A stretch of DNA of 64,000 nucleotides. Source: Octopus bimaculoides (lineage: Eukaryota). The stretch is taken from contig NC_068989.1 of assembly GCF_001194135.2 (NCBI RefSeq), forward strand, positions 5,003,383 to 5,067,382, written 5' to 3'. The position numbers and the translations under genes were made by a program. Under the pieces are notes generated by a model, which had not been told where the DNA came from, did no database searches, and was given only the letters and a program-made list of their open reading frames with translations. Position 1 is the first letter of the stretch. Each line of letters begins with the position of its first letter. Below, piece by piece: positions 37,936 through 50,426 of this stretch.

Positions 37936-38835
37936 AGGTGCAGGCATGGCTGTGTCGTAAGAAGCTTGCTTCCAGTTTACCCTGATTCATTTGTTTTGTT
38001 GGATTTGTGTGAGTTAGATGTGTTTTATTGCCTGCGCGATATTTTTTCTCTTGTGTGATGGAGGGGCATCGATTGAGGAGTTGTGAAAGTTTAAGTTGTT
38101 CTGTGTCAAACGTGGAAAGCTGCCCTCCCTATGAGTTGTCTGAGGAAGAAATGGCAGAGTGCCTGAAGAAAATAGACAAGGCTATGGAAGAAAGAAGTTA
38201 TGCTGCAGCAATGGAAGAGAAGTGCAAAGACATAAAGTTGGAGGTTGTAAGCAAGTTTAAGGGAATGCTTGAGAAGGAGGGGAACAAAGTGAAGGTGTTC
38301 CCCACCAAAGAAGTAGTGGAAAGAATGGTAATTTATAGAATGTACTCAGTGACAGCCAGAAAAATTGAGAATATGTCGACGGTACAAAGAGAAAAGGCGT
38401 TGAGACAGTCTGGCCAGGGATTTCGTACCTTGCCAGAGGAAAGAAATTTGGAATGATAGAGGTGCAGTTTGAAAATGTAGCTATTGCCAGGCTGCACTTG
38501 GCAACACCACTGAAAACAAATGAAGTAGTTCTTCTACCAGTATATCAGCATGGCAACTTGGGCAAGTGTCTTCTACTATGGCCTCAGGCTGACCAAAGCC
38601 TTGTAAATGGATTTGGTAGACGGAAACTGAAAGAAGCCCGTCGTATATATATATATATATATATATATTTGTGTATCTGTGTTTGAACTTCTGTCATTAT
38701 TTGACAACCGATGCTGGTGTGTTTATGTTGTAACTTAGCTGTTTGGCAAAAGAGACCTATAGAATGAGTATTAGGCTTACAAAGAATAAGTCCTGGGGTC
38801 GATTTCTTCGACTAACATCCTTTAAGGCAGTGCTC
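37936..38835 (+). mobile_element. SINE family A interrupted by a ~570-bp coding-like insert
   Basis: Head AGGTGCAGGCATGGCTGTGTCGTAAGAAGCTTGCTTCC stops at about 37972; body resumes near 38545 (GGCAACTTGGGCAAGTGTCTTC). Confidence 0.8.
37975..38545 (+). pseudogene. Frameshifted ORF fragment, possibly a retroelement ORF1/gag-like N-terminus
   Basis: ORFs 38028-38456 and 38453 onward overlap at ATGA; Lys/Glu-rich helical sequence; no family motif recognised. Confidence 0.35.
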
Positions 38836-39479
38836 CTCTGTGGAAGCATTTGCTGGTGAAGTTTCACAAAACCAGTGTGGCTCTCCAGGATCTGCAAATG
38901 GCCAACATTGGTGTAAATACAATCAGTTGCGAAAATATGCACAAACTATTCCTGATTGAATATTTTCCCATTAATTGTTCTGGACTGAAAAAGACCTTTG
39001 GAACAAGAAGTAAAATCCAGATTACCTGGTATACAAGTGTACAGAACCATGGTTTAGCTAGCGTGTGTGTGTGCGTGTTGCCTGAGGAAGTCCTTGAGTT
39101 TGCACCATCCACCAGGGCCCTCAAGCCAATGCAGGCTTAAAGAGCAGATCTAAAAGTGCTGCCACCGTAAAAGCTACATCCAGGGTGGACAGTCCCTGTC
39201 ACCCCACCCTAGCTGTGCTACTGGTGCAGAGAGAAGAAGAGTGAGAAAAACAAATCAACGACTCATTCCCTGTCTCTAATCATCTGTCACACTATTTTCA
39301 GTAAGTACATTTTCTATTCTGCTCCATATTCATGTTGTACCTGGACTTCACATCTCTTTCTGCTCTCTTTCTTTCTCTCTCTCACTTTTCAGGTGGCCAA
39401 GCCATGTATTCAACTCTTCAGCAAGACACTTGCTGCTCTCCCTCTGTCATAGTTTTCCTCCAGTCTATAACCTGCTCAG

Positions 39480-39705
39480 TTGAGGGCTCTTATCTTGTGG
39501 GTGCTTGGCAACCTCACTGGTGCTGGTATCATGTAAAAACAATCCAGTACATTGTGTTGATTGGTTGGCATTAGGAAGAGCGTAACAGAAACCCGTGCCA
39601 AAGCAGACGTAGAACTTGGTGGAATCCTCTGGTTTGTCTGTTGTTGTTGAACTGTCCAACCCATGCCAGCATGGAAAAAGGGGCGTTAAATGATGATGGT
39701 GATGA
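39480..39705 (+). mobile_element. RTE-type 3' tail fragment
   Basis: GGTTGGCATTAGGAAG...CCAACCCATGCCAGCATGGAAAAAGGGGCGTTAAATGATG. Confidence 0.7.
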
Positions 39706-40102
39706 ATAATTCTGTTTGTTTTTTATGCTGATAAAGAGACATATTTTATGTAAACTCCTTTGTTTTTACAATAGAGACTATTGAAGAAAATTTGAGCAGG
39801 AGAGTAACACTCTGTGTTGCATATAAAATTATATTTTTATCTAATTTAGAAGTTTCAGGGTTAAAACATTTAATGGGGGCAGTAGAAACTTTGATTAAAT
39901 AGTTTCCAAATGATGTTTATATTAATTTATCTTACAGGTGAACTAAGGCAGTGCCATACTTGTCAAGCAGAATTATCCAATAAAAGAATAAATTTATCAC
40001 AAACATGTCTCTAATATGAAATCATCTTCTTAGACAAAATTCATCAAGTTTTCTCCAAATCTGGAAGAGCTGTGTTATGAGTATACTTATCTGATCTTTT
40101 AT

Positions 40103-40462
40103 CTTATACTTGTTTTAGTTTTTGGACTGTGGCCATGCTGGAGTACTGCATTGAAGAGTTTAATCAAACAAATTCATCTCAGCACTCAGTTTTAAACCTG
40201 GTAGTTATTCTATTGGTCTCTCTTTTGATGATCTACTAATTTATGAGGATGTAAACAAACCAACACTGGTTGTCAAGTGGTGGTGGTGGTGGTGGTGGGG
40301 CACAAGCACACACGTGATGGGATTCTTTCAGTTTCCATCTACCAAATCCACTCAAAGCGTTGATTGGCTTAGGGCTGTAGTAGAAGATACTCATGGTCCT
40401 GTGCAGTGGGATTGAACCCAGACCCATATGGTTGGGAAGCAAACTTTTTATCGCATGGCCAC
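40103..40462 (-). mobile_element. SINE family A
   Basis: Diverged signature. Confidence 0.8.
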
Positions 40463-41804
40463 AGTAAATATTTTTCAGGTGAAATGTCATTTTCATGACT
40501 AAAGAATGAAAATATGAATTGACAGCAAAGTTGTCTTGAAAAGAGCAGGTCTATACTTAGCATCAGGTGTTGAGAATGTGATAAGCTTTATAACAAAACA
40601 CTTGAAGAGGCCACTTAGAACAAGTTTAAATGTATTATTTGATTATGTAAAAGCATGTTTTTGTGTTTGTGAGACCGTCTAGTGGAACCTATAAAATAGG
40701 GGGCTAAGGACCTCACAGGTTTATTGCATTGTGTCCTTCAATTAACCTGTTCAAAATGCTCCCATTCGTTTTTAGTACAATGCTAAACCCTACCAACAAC
40801 ACTTCCACAAACCTTTCGACACATTTCCACGTTAATTGCAGAAAATTTATCAGAAATTGCTTGTTTTAATTCATTAATTGTTTTTGGTTTGAGGGAGCAA
40901 ACACGATCTTTCAATACAGCCACAAGAAAAAGTCAGGTGGTTTTAGGCCTGATGATTGTGATGACCACTGAAATTGCTTCACGTTGTCCTACCCACCTCA
41001 AAATTAAGATTTAACCATTCCCAAACTCAAGACCATGTGGTTGCAAAGCAACCTATTTAAGCATACAGTCATGACTGCCATTGACACCCCTAGGGGATTA
41101 AAAGAATGAACTAGCCGAACACTTATAAAGAGTAGTAGTTGGAGAGAATGTTTTGGTAGTCTCATAAAACACATCATGTGAACACATTGATTAAGCCTCT
41201 GTTGCATAAATTATATATCCAACATCTAACAAGGATATAAAAATATGTATGAATATATTATATTGCCACTATCTATAAGACTATATTTAAGATGGTTGAA
41301 TGTGATATAGCAAAATTTAACTGCTGTATCTGAAAGGTTGAATACTCATACTGCAGCCTTTCCTGATTGGCTTTGCTGTTGTGTGTTCCCAGACAGTATG
41401 GTCAGAAGTGTTCCACATGTGAAAATCCTGTTGTTTGTAAATCAGGGACTACGTGGTTACAAAATGGCATTTAATATGATAGGATGTGATTTGGAGAGTT
41501 TTGCTTGCTATTTTCAGTATGTTGACTGACCATGTATTAGCTTCCAAGTGAACAGAAACTGTCTATCAGAAACAGCTTTCCTCTCTCTCTCTCCCTTACA
41601 TTTTGTATTTCATATCCTCAGAGAAAGTGATTGTCTGTAGGAATGGTGTAACTTTACTTATTTATGAAGGGAGCGTGACAGAATGAGAGTTTTTTCAACA
41701 CCCCCCCACATATGCATACACATATATCCTCCATCATATTACAAAATATCCTCCATCTTACTTACATGGAATGAAAGCTTCTTATGATAATATTTGTGTA
41801 TGTT

Positions 41805-42065
41805 GTGTTCTTAAGCAAGACACTTTATTTCATGTTGCTTCAGTTCACTCAGCTGTAGAAATGAGTTGCGACGTCATTGGTGCCAAGCTGTATCAGCCTT
41901 TGCCTTTTCCTTGGATAACATCTGTGGTGTGAAGAGGGGAGACTGGTGTACATGGGCAACTGCTGGTCTTTCATAAATAACCTTGCCCAGACTTGTGCCT
42001 CGGAGGGTAACTTTCTAGGTGCAATCCCATGGTCATTCATAACTGAATGGGGCCTTTATTCCTTT
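41805..42065 (+). mobile_element. SINE body (same family as 36915-37208)
   Basis: TTAAGCAAGACAC...CATGGGCAACTGCTGGTCTTTC...TAGGTGCAATCCCATGGTC. Confidence 0.8.
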
Positions 42066-42898
42066 CTATATAATTCATACTAATCGAATTGTTTCTGTAA
42101 CATACTCCATTGAATTGTTCTTATCCCTATCTTTTCTCTCAGCACTTCTGTACCTCATCATTCACACATGCTAACACTGCACATCCAGCATGCTTACTCT
42201 CTACCTTTACTCAGGCCATATTTCCATATATTTATAGAATTGTCTTATGGAAGGAACAAAAAAGCTTGAAATGTTGCTTTATCTGGGAATAGATTCATGT
42301 TCAGGAAGTTATTATTTAAACTAGATGTATCAGTTAGCGCTTTTATAAAGCTTTGTCTTGATTTCATCAGACAGTCTATCCTTCATCATCTACCTTATAC
42401 TCAAAGAGAGAATCCACTTGATGTCAGAAGAGGTAATAAATGCCTCCCCCCCCCATGTTATTCTTATTCTGGCTGCTAAGCTTTCATAGCCCCCTTCTCC
42501 ACTGTTGATTAAGTTGCCTTGGCAACAGATGCAATCAGCAACTTCTATAGAGCCTTTGGAGTGTTAGAAAGAACACACATTATTGGTGCTTCAATTGCTA
42601 GCTACTCTTTGGCATCTGGTACTGTAAAACTAATTTGTGTATACTAGGTTTATATTCAGTTGGGTAACTATTAGTAATTTGGTTTTCTTTAATTAGCAGA
42701 CTCAGATAATGCTTAAGAGGTTGTTATATAGTATTCTCATTGTTAATATATCTGTGCGTATATATTCGGCACACCCATTTGTGTTTATTTATATAAATGT
42801 TGCAGATCTCATGTGCCCATTATGTTTACTGGTATTTATATAAATATGGTATATGTGTGTGTGTGTTTAGATAAATGCGGTATAAGTAAATGTATATA

Positions 42899-43405
42899 TC
42901 GGGCGTAGTTGTGTGGTAAGAAGCTCACTTCCCAATCACATGGTTCTGGGTTCAGTCCCAATGCGTGGCACCTTAGGCATGTTTCTTCTACTATAGCCAC
43001 AAGCCGACCAAAGCCATGTGAGCGGATTTGGTAGAGGGAGACTGAAAGAAGCTCGTCGTATATATATAAATATATGTATGTATATGTCTGTGTTTGCCTG
43101 ACCTCAGTCAAACTGTCCAACCCATGCCAACATGGAAAACGGATGTCAAATGATGATGATGTATGTATGTGCATCTCTGTTTATCTCCCACCACTGCTTG
43201 ACAACTGATGGTGGTGTGTTTATGTTTCTGTACACTGTACACTGTATATCTCTGTAACTTAGTGGTTCATCCAAAGAGACCAATAAAATAAGTATTAGTC
43301 TTGAAAAAAATAAGTCCTGGGGTTGATTTGTTCAAGTAAAACTCTCCAAGGTGGTGCCCCAGCATGGCCGCACTAAAGTGTCAAACAAGTGAAAGATAAA
43401 AGATG
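42899..43405 (+). mobile_element. SINE family A with nested RTE tail (43095-43165)
   Basis: Head GGGCGTAGTTGTGTGGTAAG...; insert CTGTCCAACCCATGCCAACATGGAAAACGGATGTCAAA(TGA)n; body resumes after it. Confidence 0.8.
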
Positions 43406-43436
43406 TGTGTGTATGTGTTTATGAATGGATGAATAT

Positions 43437-43742
43437 GTATTTTTTACTTGTTTCAGTCATTTGACTGCGGCCATGCTGGAGCACCGCCTTTAGTCGAAGA
43501 AATCAACTGCAGGACTTATTCTTCGTAAGCCTAGTGCTTACTCTATCAGTCTCTTTTGTCAAACTGCTAACATCAGCGGGGGGGGGGGCAAACAGAGACA
43601 CACAACAAACATAAACATGTACATACATACATTTATACATACATATATTACGGGCTTCTTTCAGTGTCCATCTACCAAAACACTTGCCCAAGGTGCCACA
43701 CAGTGAGATTGAACTCAGAAGCAAGCCTCTTACAATGGTGCA
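43437..43742 (-). mobile_element. SINE family A, deleted; inverted relative to 42899-43405
   Basis: TTTTACTTGTTTCAGTCATTTGACTGCGGCCATGC... Confidence 0.85.
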
Positions 43743-44249
43743 CCAGCATGGCCTCAGCTTCTGGCTGAAACCCATAAAAGTTAAAAGATATATTGATCAA
43801 TTAGAATAAATAAGATTAAACTTTGGATGGCCTGTATTGATCTCAAATGGAATGCTGTGGACCATACATCTGTTCAACCAAGATGTATATGGCCAAGTTG
43901 AATTGCTCAACAAAATGCTTGCAGTATAGTTATAGTTATAGCTGTTATATCTGAGTTCAAATCCTAGTGAAGACGAATTTGCTTTCATCTTTCCAGCACG
44001 GACAAACTGAAATATCAGTGAAGTCATGACGCAAATTTAATATTCTTAAACACCATCTGACATATGAATGGAAGCATAAAGTTAAGGCAAATGGTTACAT
44101 ATTGCACAAGCAAACACTACTTGTGTAACATAATCATGTGTCTTGTGGCATGTTCTAGAAATTCAGATGTAATTTAATATAATTGCGTAATTAGAAGAAT
44201 TCATGAAAAACTAGTCAATTCGGTAAAAGTAGTTATGAAGAGAGAAGAA

Positions 44250-44507
44250 TATATATATACATATATATGTATGTGTGTATGTATATCTATATGTATGTAT
44301 ATGTGTATATGTATGTATGTATATGTGTGTATGTATATATATGTATGTATATGTGTGTATGTATATATATATGTATGTATGTGTGTATATATATATGTGT
44401 GTGTGTGTGTATGTGTATGCATATATATGTATGTATATGTGTGTATGTATAAATATATATACACACATACACATATAGGCACACATATATACATATACAG
44501 TTGTGTG

Positions 44508-44565
<58 letters not shown>

Positions 44566-44574
44566 ATTATGTGT
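44250..44574. repeat. Complex (TA/TG/CA) microsatellite next to a gap
   Basis: Direct reading. Confidence 0.95.
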
Positions 44575-45094
44575 ANNNNNNNNNNNNNNNNNNNNNNNNN
44601 NNNNNNNNNNNNNNNNNNNNNNNNNNNNNNNNNNNNNNNNNNNNNNNNNNNNNNNNNNNNNNNNNNNNNNNNNNNNNNNNNNNNNNNNNNNNNNNNNNNN
44701 NNNNNNNNNNNNNNNNNNNNNNNNNNNNNNNNNNNNNNNNNNNNNNNNNNNNNNNNNNNNNNNNNNNNNNNNNNNNNNNNNNNNNNNNNNNNNNNNNNNN
44801 NNNNNNNNNNNNNNNNNNNNNNNNNNNNNNNNNNNNNNNNNNNNNNNNNNNNNNNNNNNNNNNNNNNNNNNNNNNNNNNNNNNNNNNNNNNNNNNNNNNN
44901 NNNNNNNNNNNNNNNNNNNNNNNNNNNNNNNNNNNNNNNNNNNNNNNNNNNNNNNNNNNNNNNNNNNNNNNNNNNNNNNNNNNNNNNNNNNNNNNNNNNN
45001 NNNNNNNNNNNNNNNNNNNNNNNNNNNNNNNNNNNNNNNNNNNNNNNNNNNNNNNNNNNNNNNNNNNNNNNNNNNNNNNNNNNNNNNNNNNNNN

Positions 45095-45135
<41 letters not shown>

Positions 45136-45139
<4 letters not shown>

Positions 45140-45532
45140 TTTTTATTCTCCTATTTGTTTCAGTCATTTGACTGGGGCCATACTGGAGCACTGCCTTTAG
45201 TCATACAAATTGACCCCAGGACTTATTCTTTGTAAGCTTAGTACTTACTCTATCGGTCTCTTTTGCCGAACCACTAAGTTACGGGGACGTAAACACACCA
45301 ACATTGATTGTCAAGTGATGGTGAGAGGACAAACACAGACACACAAATATATACATGCATACATATATATATATATATATATATATGACAGGTTTCTTTC
45401 AGTTTCTGTCTACCAAATCCACTCACAAGGCTTTGGTCAGCCTGAGGTTATAGTAGAAGACACTCGCCCAAGGTGCCACGCATTGGGGCTGAATCCGAAA
45501 CCATGTGGTTGGGAAGCACACAGCCACTCCAT
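45136..45532 (-). mobile_element. SINE family A
   Basis: Near-full signature. Confidence 0.9.
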
Positions 45533-46418
45533 ATATAGATACATATACATACACACAAACATTCATACACACACACATATACATTCATATATATATATAA
45601 TACATATATGTACATATATATACACATAAACATATTCATACAGACATATTTGGGTGTGTATATATGTGTATACACACACACACATACACACGTGTGTATT
45701 TGAATATGTGTGTATGTGTATATATATTTTTCTTTCCCAAATTTGTGTAAATGTGTATAGAAAAATATATCAGTTGAATAAGGTTACAACATGGTCTGGT
45801 TTTTAGTTATTGTATTTAAAAAACAATTTTTTTACAATGTTCAAGTGTGTTACACATTAAAAAAATATTTTGTAATGTCCATAAACTTCAATTAGCTCTT
45901 TCATATGTTTGTATTAATCCTCAAATTTCAAAATGTACCTAACTGGCAGTTAAGTTGAATGCTTGACAACCAAAATAACTGACTCCTTCCTTTTTATACC
46001 TTTTAGAAAGCTCCTACAAGCTGAATTTTTTTAATACAGTTTTGACCAATCAGCATGCAGCTTAAATGTCATGGTTTGCTGGGCACACCAATATTACTGG
46101 CATAGGACCTGCCTTTATTTTAACCAATTAGCTTGTGGTTTACATGTAATGGTTTTATGAGTGAGCAAACTTAGTTGATTTCAATCGTTTTTATTTCCAT
46201 TAGTGGGAGTCTTCTGTAATTTGTTTATATTCATATGCTAAAGGTATTTTTTTAATCCACATCATTAACTGGTTGTTATATTATTGTTGTTATTTCTGTT
46301 CAGAACAGGTCTGAACATTTTAATGAAACATTTTTCTTTTATCTTCCTTTCAATCTCGCTTGTGTCATGTAGTTTGTGGAAAGTAAAAATCAGAAACGTT
46401 TTCTGACCACATGTTTCT

Positions 46419-46652
46419 TATTTCTTTATTGCCCACAAGGGGTTAAACATAGAGGGGACAAACAAGGACAGACAAAGGGATTAAGTCGATTACATCAACC
46501 CCAATACATAACTGGTACTTAATTTATCGACCCCGAAAGGATGAAAGGCAAAGTCGACCTCGGCGGAATTTGAACTCAGATCGTAATGGCAGATGAAATA
46601 CCACCAGGCATTTCGTCCAGCGTGCTAACGTTTCTGCCAGCTCGCCGCCTTG
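46419..46652 (-). mobile_element. SINE family B, young copy with 19-bp TSD
   Basis: TSD TTTCTGACCACATGTTTCT at 46400-46418 and 46653-46671; head (reverse complement) AGGCGGCGAGCTGGCAGAAACGTTAGCACG...GAGTTCAAATTCC. Confidence 0.92.
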
Positions 46653-47604
46653 TTTCTGACCACATGTTTCTATGTTTGCTCAGTGGAATTTGATGAACAT
46701 TAGTGTTCCAGATTTGTTGTCTGTGAACTCGTGAGTGTTCCGATAATGCATTCCCTGTCTTGCCAATGTTCCTTGCAATTAGGGCATTTAATGCAGTAGG
46801 TCAAATTTCTGCTTTTGCAGTTCATATTTGCATTTGTGAAAATCTATCCGTTTTTTTTGTTCTAATGGATCTACCAGTGTGCATGTATTGATTGACATAT
46901 TCCACATCTGTTATCATTGTGCTTGGATACTGTGAATGTTTCATCCTCTTTTTCATGTTGAATTTTGCCATTATCATTACACATGAACAAACAGGATAAA
47001 ACATTCACAGTACTCAAATCGGTGGATTGATTGTTCAACAACTACCTTATCCAAATTGGCTTTCTCATTTGACAACATGATCTGGAGTGATTTGAGGGAA
47101 ATTTGATACGTTTTCTAGCAAGTTGAATTACCACATAGAGTAGTGTGGTGAAGGGGAAGTTATTTTTTTAGATACTGGGTTGAATTGCAAGCACATATGA
47201 ATTTGTTGAGGTGCATCTGTACTGAGAAAAATAATGAATCGTTAAATTTACTAATTCAAATGTGTGCAGCTGCTATTAAATTACTCTTTGGGTCTTAACA
47301 CTTAAACCCTTTCTTTTCTTTTTTTCTTTCATATGGACTTCTAGAAATTTTGCCATTGAACACTTTCAAATGTGAAAGCAACTGAAAGGTTCCCGATTTA
47401 TGACATAGAAGCTTTATCCTGTGTTGAAGATCGTTTAGTAAATTTCTATGGAGCCTGCAAAGGAATGTAGCCATCTAAATGCTTCTAAGTACAGATAACT
47501 GTGTCAGATAAGGCTGAGAGACTGTCGGCAGTTTGCATTGTATCCTGTTATAAGAAATGTGTTGACAACAAACAGCAGAGACCGTTGACAGTTAATACTG
47601 TAAT

Positions 47605-47835
47605 ACCATTCATCATCATCATTAATGCCCTCATTTAATGTCCATGTTCTATGCTGGCATGGGTTGGACAGTTTGACAGGCTCCAATTGTTCTCAGGACT
47701 GCATCATGTTCCAGTGTCTGCTTTGGCATGACTTCTACAGCTGGATGCCCTCCTAACACCTACCACTTTGCAGTGTGTGCTGAGTGCTTTTTTTCCATGC
47801 CACTGGCATTAGTAAGGTCGCCATCCACCTGGCAA
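47605..47835 (-). mobile_element. RTE-type 3' tail fragment
   Basis: (CAT)n...TTTAATGTCCATGTTCTATGCTGGCATGGGTTGGACAG. Confidence 0.75.
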
Positions 47836-48249
47836 GACTAGGAAACTTGAGGTAGGGATAGAGCTTTATGCAAAGAGATGAGGTGGGGGTTGAAGTATGA
47901 AAGACAGGAAAGTGGGTGAGCAGGTTCTTCTTGTTCAGGAACTGTAGTCACTCATGTTTAGAAGAAAGGGTTAGAATGACTAGAAAGAGCTGCAAGTCCA
48001 GGTGGCCCTTGAAGGTACACTGCGAGCAGAAGTAAGTAGGAACAGAGGAATTAGGGGTGTGGATGGGTGGGTGGGTGTTTGCAAGCATGTATGAAGGATC
48101 AAAAGATGGGGAATAGGAGCTCGGCAGCAACATTGAAAATTGGGTAGGGTTGAAAGGTGGATGTAGGGAATGACAGACAACCAAGAATGCTTGAGCTGGG
48201 GAAGATGGTGGGGTGAGTGCAGAGGAGAAGGGGAGGCTGTGTGTTCATT

Positions 48250-48337
48250 ACACTCACAACGCCCGGTCTGGGAATCGAAACCGCGATCTTATGACCGCGA
48301 GTCCGCTGCCCTAACCACTGGGCCATTGCGCCTCCAC
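48250..48337 (-). mobile_element. tRNA-derived SINE head (same family as 58908-59290)
   Basis: Reverse complement GTGGAGGCGCAATGGCCCAGTGGTTAGGGCAGCGG...GGTTTCGATTCCC has A and B boxes. Confidence 0.85.
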
Positions 48338-48650
48338 TCTGTTGAATGTAATGCTTTATTTATTCACATTGTTTTCTAATTAATCGTGCGTTATCTTGTA
48401 GCTTTGAGGTTTCAATGATGTGACTGTTTATTTTTAGAATGACATTGTAGGGTTGGTGTGATAGGTCAAATCTGGCTGGTTTGAGCACAAAGCAAGTAGA
48501 ATATTTGTGCTGGATGTGGCTGATTTAAATGCTAAGGGGTTAAGTTTAACCCTTTAACGTTCAGATTGCTCTGATGAATGTAATGTTTATTTATTTGTTG
48601 TTTTGAATTTATCCTGTATTATCTCGTAGCCATGAAATTTCAATATTTAG
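48338..48650. mobile_element. Two tandem piggyBac-like MITE pieces
   Basis: First ends AATGCTAAGGGG|TTAA (48539); second starts TTAA|CCCTTTAACGTTCAGA (48550). Confidence 0.7.
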
Positions 48651-48865
48651 TTATAATAAAAACAATTTTACATTAACCCGAGGGGTTACTCTATACTTTT
48701 GTTGAGTACAAATTCATTCTTAAGCAAGATTATTGTCGACAGTGACTTTGAAGTTTTGGCCAGTTAAGCCATCATTGGACTGCCAATGGTGGATAGCTTA
48801 ACTGATCAAAACTTTGAAGACACTACTGACAATATTCTTGTTTAAGAATAAGTAAGTAAATGTAT

Positions 48866-49275
48866 GCTCTTTTACTCTTTTACTTGTTTTAGTCATTTGA
48901 CTGTGGTCATGCTGGAGCACCGCCTTTAGTCAAGAAAATCGACCTCAGGACTTATTCTTTGGAAGCCTAGTACTTATTCTCAGTCTCTTTTTGCTGAACC
49001 TCTAAGTTATGGGGACATAAACACACCAGCATCGGTTGTCAAGCGATGGTGGGGGGACAAACACAGACATACAAACACACATACATACATCTATATATAT
49101 NNNNNNNNNNACGATGGACTTCTTTCAGTTTCCGTCTACCAAATCCACTCACAAGCCTTTGGTCGGCCTGAGGCTATAGTAGAAGACACTTGCCCAAGAT
49201 GCCACGCAGTGGGACTGAACCCGGAACCATGTGGTTGGTAAGCAAGCTACTTACCACACAGCCACTCCTGCGCCT
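48866..49275 (-). mobile_element. SINE family A, near full-length
   Basis: Complete signature to CCACTCCTGCGCCT. Confidence 0.92.
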
Positions 49276-49299
49276 ATATGTGTATAAATATGTATACAC

Positions 49300-49530
49300 A
49301 CACTTAAACACATACATAAAATGTGTATAAAAAATATGTGTTTGTGTCCCACCATTGCTTGACAAGTGTTGGTTTGTTTATATCTTTGTAACTTAGCAGT
49401 TCTGTTAAAACAGGCTGACAGAATAAGTACCAAACTTTAAAACAGTAAGTACCGGAGTAAATTTGTTGAACCAACTCTTCTAGGCTGTGCTCCAGCATGA
49501 CCAAAATCCAATGACCGGAACAAATAAAAC
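49300..49530 (+). mobile_element. SINE family A 3' half, diverged
   Basis: CACCATTGCTTGACAA...CTCCAGCATGACC...TGACCGGAACAAATAAAAC. Confidence 0.65.
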
Positions 49531-49606
49531 GAAATACACATGCACCAGTGCTGTGTGTTAAAAGCACTCTAACATTAAAAAGTCAAAATCTTACAGAACA
49601 CCTGCA

Positions 49607-49664
49607 CACCATATGCTGCACCATATGCTGCACCATATGCTGCACCATATGCTGCGCCATATGC
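49607..49664. repeat. 12-bp tandem repeat (CACCATATGCTG) x4 plus a partial unit
   Basis: Direct reading. Confidence 0.92.
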
Positions 49665-49926
49665 ATACTATATGCAGCAAACAAGTGTTCCATTACACAG
49701 TGGTTTAAAGCATCTGTTGTAGATATATCAGTTAATGATAGAGCTTGTAGGTGGTCTCTTTACCAACTAGAAATAGCAGCTAAGTCTCTATCATGCCGGA
49801 AAATTTTAATAAGTGAAGGGCACATTGCTGCACCCCACGTAGCCCAAAATATACAGAAGACAAGATAGCCATGGTTGGAATGCCTTTGACTATATATCTG
49901 CTTGATCAGGACCAGCTCTGGGTTAA

Positions 49927-50139
49927 CCCTTTAGCATTTAAACCTGCCATATCAGACCTAAATATTCTCCCTGTTTTCTGTTCAAAACAGCCAGATGCAA
50001 ACTCTCACATCTATTCTACAAGGTCCTTCTAAAAATAAGCAATAACATCATGAAAATGTCGAAGATGATGCATGATTAATTCAAAACAATGTGAATAAAT
50101 AAGCATTACATTTGGCAGAATAACATGAATGCTAAAGGG
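49927..50139. mobile_element. piggyBac-like MITE (213 bp)
   Basis: TTAA|CCCTTTAGCATT ... AATGCTAAAGGG|TTAA: 12-bp perfect TIR and TTAA TSD. Confidence 0.9.
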
Positions 50140-50173
50140 TTAAACACTACAATAACAACGAAAACTCTAAATT

Positions 50174-50426
50174 AAGGATTCTCGACCATCTTTTGCCTAT
50201 GGACCCCTTTGATTCTTAATTTATTTGGATAAACTCTCATAGCCATTTGATGTTTAAAAAATCCTATCATATTTTTATAATTAAATATTATTAAGAATTG
50301 TATAAAAAAATTGTTAAAATATTTTGTATATTGTAGAAATCTAACCTATTTCTTTCATAAATTTTTACAACAAAAACCTTATATGGGGCCCTAAAGGGCC
50401 ATATGGACCCCAGTTGAGAACCACTG
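50174..50426. mobile_element. hAT-like MITE
   Basis: Right end GTTGAGAACCACTG; decayed left end AGGATTCTCGACC; partial homologue at 58563-58680. Confidence 0.65.

Noticed and set aside
39938-40014. Phase-compatible cryptic terminal exon (CTTACAG/GTGAAC..., 25 codons, nearby AATAAA)
   Set aside because: Such sites are expected by chance in a 27-kb AT-rich intron; no supporting evidence.
40948-40976. CTGATGA...GAAA resembling a hammerhead core
   Set aside because: Only a 3-bp stem II and no convincing stem I or UH site.
44201-45200. Long Y/I/H/T/C/V/M-rich ORFs here and at other gaps (574-1176, 14332-14892, 15532-16105, 17992-18645, 34156-34820, 54862-55707)
   Set aside because: Artefacts of microsatellites and N runs.
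47850-48240. Possible Penelope GIY-YIG 3' remnants (also 31600-31880, 53640-53760, 59620-59730)
   Set aside because: Too degenerate to support from sequence reading alone.
48250-48337. tRNA gene (also other A/B-box heads)
   Set aside because: No complete cloverleaf or acceptor stem; continues into SINE body sequence in the longer copy.
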